From the NCBI GenBank assembly GCA_034667805.1, contig JAXDQQ010000313.1:1-28098 (forward strand): a stretch of 28,098 bases of DNA, given 5' to 3'. This DNA comes from Thermoplasmata archaeon. Its GTDB lineage: Archaea > Thermoplasmatota > E2 > JACPAO01 > JAHFTW01. Of the stretch, positions 21,622 to 28,098 are shown one piece after another; the first letter of the stretch is position 1, and every line of letters begins with the position of its first letter. The position numbers and the translations under genes were made by a program. Under the pieces are notes generated by a model, which worked only from the letters and a program-made list of their open reading frames with translations, was not told the DNA's origin and made no database searches.

Positions 21622-24600
21622 TTGTCCGTTCCGGCCATTGCCCGCGCCTCGCGTAGCCGTATCCTGCCCATCGCCCTGGCCTTCGTGCTTGGCCTGACGG
21701 TGATGCCCGGATTCAACCTGGTCCAACCGGTCGCCGCGGCGGCCCCCGCCCCATCGTCCCAGTTCGGCGCCGACGGGCTGGCCTCCTGGACCACGACCTC
21801 GAAGGCGAACACGTTCGCCGGCGAGCCATCGATCGGCATCAGCCACAAGGACGGCGTCGTCCACGACGCGCTCTACCAGTCCGGCATCGACACCTACCGC
21901 GTGTCTTGGGACGCCAACGGAGTCGGCACCTGGACCGACGTCACCGACCCCGTCGTAGGCCTCGTCACCGCCACCTCCGTCCTCACGGACCCCATCCTCT
22001 TCACCGACCACGAGACCGGCCGCACCTTCGCCGGCAACCTCCAGGACGCCGTCTGCGGCATGTTCTCCTACACCGACGACGACGGCGAGAACTGGAACCC
22101 GATGGTGGGTACCTGCGCCCTGCCCGCCTACGACCACGAGACGATCGCCTACGGCCCATGGCACGAGCCGAAGCCGGCGCAGGCCGTCCTGTCCGACAAG
22201 GCAGCCTACTACTGTGCCCAGGAGGCCGAGGACATCTGCTGGACCAGCTACGACGGCGGCATGACCTTCACGCCCCTGTCGCCGGCCTCCCCTCTCTTGG
22301 ACTGCGAGAGCACGTTCGGCCACGTCAAGATCGGGCCCGACGGCACCGTCTACATCCCGAACAGCATCTGCTTCGACGCCGGCGGCAACATCCGCAGCGG
22401 CTTCATGTTCAGCGAGGACAACGGCCTGTCGTGGGACTACGCGACCGTCCAATCCTCCGCCAGCGGCGCCCCGTTCGACCCGTCCCTCGACGTCACGCCG
22501 AGCGGCTGGGCCTACATCGGCAACGCGGAAGGCGCCGGCGCCGGCGGGGCTTACATCGGCCTCACCAAGGACAACGGCGCCACGTGGGAGGACGTCGGCC
22601 CCGGGACCTCCAAGTACTACAACGTGGCCACGGAATGGAACGCCGACCACCCGGCGAACGAGGACATCAACGCCGTGGAGTTCGCCGAGGTCGTCGCCGG
22701 TGACGACGACCGCGCTGCCTTCGCCTTCCTGGGCAGCAGCGGCAGCGGCGACAAGGGCGCCGACTGCGCCGCCTCCGACCACGTCTGGTACCTCTACGTC
22801 GCCATGACCTACGATGCCGGCAAGAGCTGGCAGGTCAGCAAGGCCGACCCCAACCCGGTCCAGCGCGGCAAGATCGCCAACGGTGGGACCCTCGCCGGCA
22901 ACTGCCGCAACCTCCTGGACTTCAACGGCATCGACCTGGACGCGGAAGGCCGCGTCTACGTCGCCTACGCCGACGGGTGCCTGGCCTGCTCCGCGCCCCA
23001 GACCAACGAGCAAGCGACGATCGCCCGCCAACTCACCGGCAAGGGCCTGTACGCTGCCTACGACTCCGGCTCCGGCCCCGTCGGAGGCGAACCGGCGATC
23101 TCCATCTCCTCGCCCTCCAGCGGGTCGTCGGTCGCGTCCCCGGTCACCATCTCGGGAAGCGTCGACCGCGACGCCGGCACGGGCTCCGGGCTGTCCGTCG
23201 ACGCGGGCGGGCCCTACTCGGGCGCCTCAAGCGCCGCCATCGCCATCGCGGCCACGGTCACCGGCGGCACGGCTCCCACCTGCGCCTGGACCGGCGCGGG
23301 CGCCACCTTCGGCGACGCGGCGCAATGCTCCACGACCGTCACCTATGCCTCCGCCTCCGGCTCGCCGTTCACCGTCACGGTGATGGCCAGCGACGGCTCC
23401 GACTCGGCATCGGACACGGCGACCGTCACCGTCGGCGGCGCCGGGACCCTCCTGGGGACCGACCCCTCGGGCGACACCGCCGCCACCTCGGCCGATGTGT
23501 GCCCAGCGCAGACGCCGCCCTGCAACGTCGCCAACGTGGCGGCTGCGCGCGACGGCCTCGACCTCACCTCCGCGTACGTCAAGTCGGATGGCAGCGACGT
23601 CGTCTTCACCTTCGGCGTCAAGGACGCCAACAAGTTCTTCGTCGAGCCCAGCGGCGACCCGGGCGCCATCCCGGCCAGCCCCAACGGCGGGCACATCCTG
23701 GAGTACCGCCTCAACGTCGGCTTCACCGGACCGACGGGCGACACCACGCCTGACGGCATGGCCCACGACGTGGCCGTCGTGCGCGCCCGTGGCTCTAGCG
23801 AACTCAGCGCCACCTACGACCGCAAGGTCCAGGTCGAAGGCGGCTCGCTTTCCGGCGGGCCTCTTTCCCTGGGGACCGAAATCGGCACCGCCACCTGGGA
23901 CGCGGCGAGCGACACGTTCACCGTGACGTTCCCGACGTCCAACCTCGACTACCTGCCGCCCCTGACGAACCTTGAGGTGACGTCGATGTACGTCATCGAG
24001 GGGACCGGCTCGAACAGCATCGTCACGATGGACGAACTGGACAACGTCGCGACCACGACCTGGACGCCATCGACCAACGGCGGCTCCGGCGGCGGCGACC
24101 CGACGGCCTGCGCCGCGTACTGGAGCACCGACGTCGACAGCGAGGAGGAGCACCAGGCCGCCGAGGACTGCGACAGCTTCCTGCAGGACACGACCGGCAC
24201 CGGCGAAGCCTGCGGCCTGTACTCGCAGGATGGCGACGCGAGCGACCCGGTATCGTGCACGCCGGCGGGCAGCGCCGACCTGAACGCGCCCATCCAGTGG
24301 CCCCCGGGTAGCAGCTCCGCGGCTCCCCGCCATGGCATCCTCTGGCACATCCTCGACCTGTTCGGGGCGGCGCCCGTGCGCGCGGCCCCCGTCCTGGGCC
24401 AGGGCTCCGCGCAGACGCTGTACTTCCACCAGGGCACCGTGCCCGTGGGCAACCTCGACACGCTGTACGCCAACGGCAACGGCATGGACCGCACGGCCCC
24501 GACGGCCAGCGAGCCCGCCGCCTTCGGCGCCCAGAACGAGCTGACCAACACGGCCTCGCCGCATACGCTCTCCGAGCCCTGCTGGATCTACGTCGGCGAC

Positions 24601-27600
24601 ATCGACCTGTCCGGCGCCCCGATGACGGTCGCCTGGTACGCCTCGTTCGCGGGAGCCGGCACCAGCCCGGGCACGGTCCCGTGGCAGGTGAAGGTCTACG
24701 TCGCCACGGGCGCCGCGAACCCTAACCCCGCCACGCCCACGGCCTCCAAGCAGGCCGCCTACGACCTCAGCGCGACGCCGACGCTGCTCACCATGACCAT
24801 CCCCAGCGTCACCGGCACCGGCGACCACCTATACGTCCAGGTCACCCCGGTCAACGCCGTGACGGGCCTGGCGACCGGCGGCGTCATCCTGTACGACAGC
24901 ACCGACTATCCCAGCGGCGTCCAGGTCGGCACCAGCACCGGGTCCTCGAGCACAAGCTCGAGCTCCTCCAGCTCCTCCAGCACCTCGACGACCGGCAGCC
25001 CGGCCGTCGAGCGCGTCGAGCTCTACGAGGCATCGGCGCTCCTCGGCCACCAGGACGTCACGACGTCGGGCGCCTCGCCCACCGCATCCTGGAGCGTCTC
25101 CGGCCTTGACCTCGGCGCCGGCGACCACACCTTGACGGCCAAGTGGTTCGACGCCGCGGTGCCCTCCAGCGGCACGCCGCTCGACACCGCCGACGTGACG
25201 TTCACCGTCTCGAACGGCGCCGACCCGTGCGACGCTGACACGACCGACCCCACGATCTCCGCCGCGACGGCGACGGCCACCGGGACCACGACCGCGACGG
25301 TCAGCTGGTCCACGGACGAAGCGTCGGATGGCGTCGTCCACTACGGCACCACGGCCGGCTACGGTTCCGATGCCACCGCCAGCGGCACGACGTCACACAG
25401 CGCCAGCCTCAGCGGCCTGGCCGCCGGGACGACCTACCACTACCAGGTCGAGTCGACGGACGGGTGCGGCAACACCGCCACGTCCGATGACCAGACGTTC
25501 GCCACGGACGCGGACGAGACGCCCCCCACCACGGAGGCCTTCGTCACCATCGACTCGCCGCTGGACGGCGCCTCGCTGGAAGACGCCGCCTTCACGGTGG
25601 ACGGCACGGCCGGCCACAAGGAAGCCGCCGTCGTGGGCGACAGCAACGGCGACGGCTTCGTCGTCATCGCGGTGCCCGACACGGGCATCAACCCGTACCA
25701 CCGCGACTTCTGGGAGGACACCTACCCGCGCAACACGGACAGCGACCCGGCCAACGACGTGGACTTCCGCGCCTACCCGGGCACGTACCTGGACGGATTC
25801 CCCGCCGCGGTGCCCTCGCTCGACCTGACCATCGACGGCGGCTTCCACCTCGGCGCCGACACCGCGAAGTTCAGCACCGTCCCCACGGGCAGCCTGCGCT
25901 GGATCCCCGGCACGAAGATCATCGGCGCGTACGACGCTGGCGATGCGACCACCGCCAACGGCGCCGCCGACACCCTGCCGCTCTTCGACGACGAAGGCAC
26001 CGGGCTCTTCGCAGGCGGCCACGGCACGGCCAGCTCGAGCGTCGCGGCCGGCAACCTGTTCGGCAGCTGCAAGGAATGCCTCCTGGTCGCCGTCGAGAGC
26101 TTCGGCGGCGACGAGTGGGCCTACTCGCAGGACTGGATCGACATCGTCACGGTCAGCGGCGGCCCCGTCGCCAACATCCCGGACGGTTCCGTCGGCATCT
26201 TCCCTGACACGGGCCGGTTCTTCGCGCCCGAAGGCCAGCAGGAGGCGGTCGAGCGCGGCGTGAGCCTGCTCTACGCCGGCGGCAACGGCAACGACGGCAA
26301 CTTCCTCACGCCCGGCCAGACCTACCTGAGCACGGGCGTCGGGCCGGGTTGGAACGTGCGCGTCGGGGCGGTCAACAACGAGCCGTTCCCCTTCCAGGAC
26401 GGCTCGTACTCGATCGTGCAGTCCAACAAGCCGGTGGACATCTCGTCCTACGGTGCCGGCACCATCCCGGCGGCCTGCAACACGGACTCGACGGGCGACT
26501 GCGGCCACAGCGGCACCAGCTCGGCCACGCCCATCACGGCCGGCCACCTCGGTGACCTGATCCTGCACGCCCGCCGGATGCTGGGCGACAATGGCCGCAC
26601 CGGCGCCTTCCGCGACACCGCCATCAACGCGGGCGTCGTCGCCAGCGGGACCCCCGTCGCCGGCAACCCGTACCTCGAGGACGGGAAGTTCACCCGCGCG
26701 GAGGCCTGGTACATCCTGAAGCAGGCCGCCAGCCCGCTCGCGCCCTCGCCCGTGGACTTCAACCACATCGTCACGGTCGGCGTGGGCGCCACGCCCGTCG
26801 ACTACGCGTACGCCGGCTACGGCGTCGTGGACGACGACGCAGAAGCGCGCGCCATCGCGATGCTCGACGACGGCACGGCCCTGCTGCGCGACACGGCGGA
26901 CGCGGACACGTTCTTCGCGCTGGACCAAGAGGTCCGCGGCGCGCTTTGGGGCGGATGGGACGACGACGCCGACACCCTGCCGGCGCCCGCGTTGTCCACG
27001 CCCATCAGCCTCGAAGCGCTCGGCCTCGAGCCGCTTGACGTGGCCGGCGACTCCGACCTGCTCGCCGATGCCCTCGCCAGCCTGCAGGCACCGGCCCGGG
27101 CCCCGGCCATGGCGGCCAGCGGCGCGCTCGGCCCGCCCTGCCTGGGCACCGGCGCGGCCAGCGTCTCGGTCTACCTCGACAGCGTCGCGCCCGCCAACCT
27201 GCTGGGCACCGACGCCCTGTCGGGAGCGGACGGAGCCTGCTCGGACGACTGGAGCGTCGACGTCGACCTCACGGGCGCCACGGCCGGCACCCACGCGCTG
27301 GTCGCCGTCTACGATGACGGCGCCGACGGCGAGGCCACCGCCCAGGTGGGCATCAGCCTCGACACGATCGGCGTCCTGCAGGACGGCCAGCCGGTGACGG
27401 TCACCCTGGCCGCCGCGACCGACCGGTACTACCGGGTCGACGTGCCAGCGGGGACCGACCTGCTGAGCGTCGCCATCGACGGCCCGGAGTGCGACCCTGA
27501 CCCAACGGTCGGCTGCACGTTCGACGCGGACCTCTTCGTCAAGGCCGGCGCGAAGCCGACCGGGGCCGAGGTCTGCAGCGCGCCGGCCGCGCCCCTCAAC

Positions 27601-28098
27601 GACGCGGACTGCGGGACCACGGTCTGCGCCCCCGCCGAAGGGGACAGCGACGAGGCCTGCGACATGCCTGAGCCGGTGGCCGGCATCTGGTACGTCATGC
27701 TCCACCCCTACGCAGGGTCCGGGACGCTCACCTTGGTGGCCGACCTCGACCCGGCGGACATGGACGGCGACGGCGTGCCCGACGCGCGCGACGACGATGC
27801 CAATGGCGACGGCGTCCCCGACGAAGTGGGTTCCGGCCTGCCGGACCCGTCCACGGTCGGCGACGGCATGGTGGCGTTCATCCAGCTGCCGACGGACCCG
27901 AGCAACACCGCCCCGGTCATCGTGGGCGGCGCGGACCTGACCATCCGGGTCAAGGTCTACACGGGCCCATCCTACGCCCTTGCCAACAGCGGCGCCTACC
28001 GCCTGGTGCTGCAGGTCGACTGCGGCGCCCTGCAGCCCACGGTGACCGCCCAGGCGCCGGGCGCCTGCGCCGGCGGCGCGGACACCACCACCCGGACC
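21622..28098 (+). CDS. Giant secreted multidomain S8 (subtilisin-like) peptidase, >2159 aa, 3'-truncated: Asp-box beta-propeller, PKD, Ig-like, FN3, S8, PPC, DxDGDG
   Basis: Manually translated; no in-frame stop from TTG 21622 (GGTGGT at 21607) to the window end, so it is absent from the ORF track. Signal peptide RSRILPIALAFVLGLTVMPGFNLVQPVAAA. Five Asp-boxes (22069, 22243, 22408, 22561, 22804). PKD-like VDAGGPYSG. FN3-like TVSWSTDE...LSGLAAGTTYHYQV. S8 triad VIAVPDTG (Asp 25678), GGHGT (His 26020), SGTSSATP (Ser 26518), oxyanion YAGGNG (Asn 26284). PPC-like YYRVDVPAG...DADLFVK...AGIWYVML. Confidence 0.92.
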   Translation, partial: MSVPAIARASRSRILPIALAFVLGLTVMPGFNLVQPVAAAAPAPSSQFGADGLASWTTTSKANTFAGEPSIGISHKDGVVHDALYQSGIDTYRVSWDANGVGTWTDVTDPVVGLVTATSVLTDPILFTDHETGRTFAGNLQDAVCGMFSYTDDDGENWNPMVGTCALPAYDHETIAYGPWHEPKPAQAVLSDKAAYYCAQEAEDICWTSYDGGMTFTPLSPASPLLDCESTFGHVKIGPDGTVYIPNSICFDAGGNIRSGFMFSEDNGLSWDYATVQSSASGAPFDPSLDVTPSGWAYIGNAEGAGAGGAYIGLTKDNGATWEDVGPGTSKYYNVATEWNADHPANEDINAVEFAEVVAGDDDRAAFAFLGSSGSGDKGADCAASDHVWYLYVAMTYDAGKSWQVSKADPNPVQRGKIANGGTLAGNCRNLLDFNGIDLDAEGRVYVAYADGCLACSAPQTNEQATIARQLTGKGLYAAYDSGSGPVGGEPAISISSPSSGSSVASPVTISGSVDRDAGTGSGLSVDAGGPYSGASSAAIAIAATVTGGTAPTCAWTGAGATFGDAAQCSTTVTYASASGSPFTVTVMASDGSDSASDTATVTVGGAGTLLGTDPSGDTAATSADVCPAQTPPCNVANVAAARDGLDLTSAYVKSDGSDVVFTFGVKDANKFFVEPSGDPGAIPASPNGGHILEYRLNVGFTGPTGDTTPDGMAHDVAVVRARGSSELSATYDRKVQVEGGSLSGGPLSLGTEIGTATWDAASDTFTVTFPTSNLDYLPPLTNLEVTSMYVIEGTGSNSIVTMDELDNVATTTWTPSTNGGSGGGDPTACAAYWSTDVDSEEEHQAAEDCDSFLQDTTGTGEACGLYSQDGDASDPVSCTPAGSADLNAPIQWPPGSSSAAPRHGILWHILDLFGAAPVRAAPVLGQGSAQTLYFHQGTVPVGNLDTLYANGNGMDRTAPTASEPAAFGAQNELTNTASPHTLSEPCWIYVGDIDLSGAPMTVAWYASFAGAGTSPGTVPWQVKVYVATGAANPNPATPTASKQAAYDLSATPTLLTMTIPSVTGTGDHLYVQVTPVNAVTGLATGGVILYDSTDYPSGVQVGTSTGSSSTSSSSSSSSSTSTTGSPAVERVELYEASALLGHQDVTTSGASPTASWSVSGLDLGAGDHTLTAKWFDAAVPSSGTPLDTADVTFTVSNGADPCDADTTDPTISAATATATGTTTATVSWSTDEASDGVVHYGTTAGYGSDATASGTTSHSASLSGLAAGTTYHYQVESTDGCGNTATSDDQTFATDADETPPTTEAFVTIDSPLDGASLEDAAFTVDGTAGHKEAAVVGDSNGDGFVVIAVPDTGINPYHRDFWEDTYPRNTDSDPANDVDFRAYPGTYLDGFPAAVPSLDLTIDGGFHLGADTAKFSTVPTGSLRWIPGTKIIGAYDAGDATTANGAADTLPLFDDEGTGLFAGGHGTASSSVAAGNLFGSCKECLLVAVESFGGDEWAYSQDWIDIVTVSGGPVANIPDGSVGIFPDTGRFFAPEGQQEAVERGVSLLYAGGNGNDGNFLTPGQTYLSTGVGPGWNVRVGAVNNEPFPFQDGSYSIVQSNKPVDISSYGAGTIPAACNTDSTGDCGHSGTSSATPITAGHLGDLILHARRMLGDNGRTGAFRDTAINAGVVASGTPVAGNPYLEDGKFTRAEAWYILKQAASPLAPSPVDFNHIVTVGVGATPVDYAYAGYGVVDDDAEARAIAMLDDGTALLRDTADADTFFALDQEVRGALWGGWDDDADTLPAPALSTPISLEALGLEPLDVAGDSDLLADALASLQAPARAPAMAASGALGPPCLGTGAASVSVYLDSVAPANLLGTDALSGADGACSDDWSVDVDLTGATAGTHALVAVYDDGADGEATAQVGISLDTIGVLQDGQPVTVTLAAATDRYYRVDVPAGTDLLSVAIDGPECDPDPTVGCTFDADLFVKAGAKPTGAEVCSAPAAPLNDADCGTTVCAPAEGDSDEACDMPEPVAGIWYVMLHPYAGSGTLTLVADLDPADMDGDGVPDARDDDANGDGVPDEVGSGLPDPSTVGDGMVAFIQLPTDPSNTAPVIVGGADLTIRVKVYTGPSYALANSGAYRLVLQVDCGALQPTVTAQAPGACAGGADTTTRT

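Noticed and set aside
1-28098. Mobile genomic island, prophage, tRNA or rRNA
   Set aside because: No integrase, transposase, phage gene, tRNA cloverleaf or rRNA-like sequence was recognised, and codon style is uniform across genes.

Overview
High-GC DNA with archaeal-style signals: BRE/TATA elements, TATA boxes at leaderless-start distance, pyrimidine-tract terminators and an archaeal-type TrpRS. I infer an uncultured high-GC Thermoplasmatota-like archaeon; no database search was possible. Housekeeping genes are trpS (5'-truncated), a RimK-family ligase paired with a succinylglutamate desuccinylase/aspartoacylase-family gene, and an acyl-CoA dehydrogenase. Most of the window is a cluster of very large acidic, Cys-rich secreted or surface proteins. 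Two tandem cassettes each consist of TATA promoter, solo AbrB/MazE/SpoVT regulator and giant exported protein (921 aa Cys/TSP3 protein; 1459 aa Calx-beta/TSP3 protein). There is also a 12x IPT/TIG membrane protein with a cytoplasmic zinc ribbon. A >2159-aa protein missed by the ORF track (21622 to the window end) carries an Asp-box propeller, PKD, FN3, a subtilisin (S8) domain and PPC, with whole domains nested inside split Ig-like folds. A 20-bp operator-like motif is shared between the second AbrB promoter and the giant protease promoter. Intergenic DNA holds three palindromes built from 9-bp-periodic units, and a direct/inverted/direct triplet of the last codons of the acyl-CoA dehydrogenase gene. 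No CRISPR array, tRNA, rRNA, integrase or transposase was recognised.
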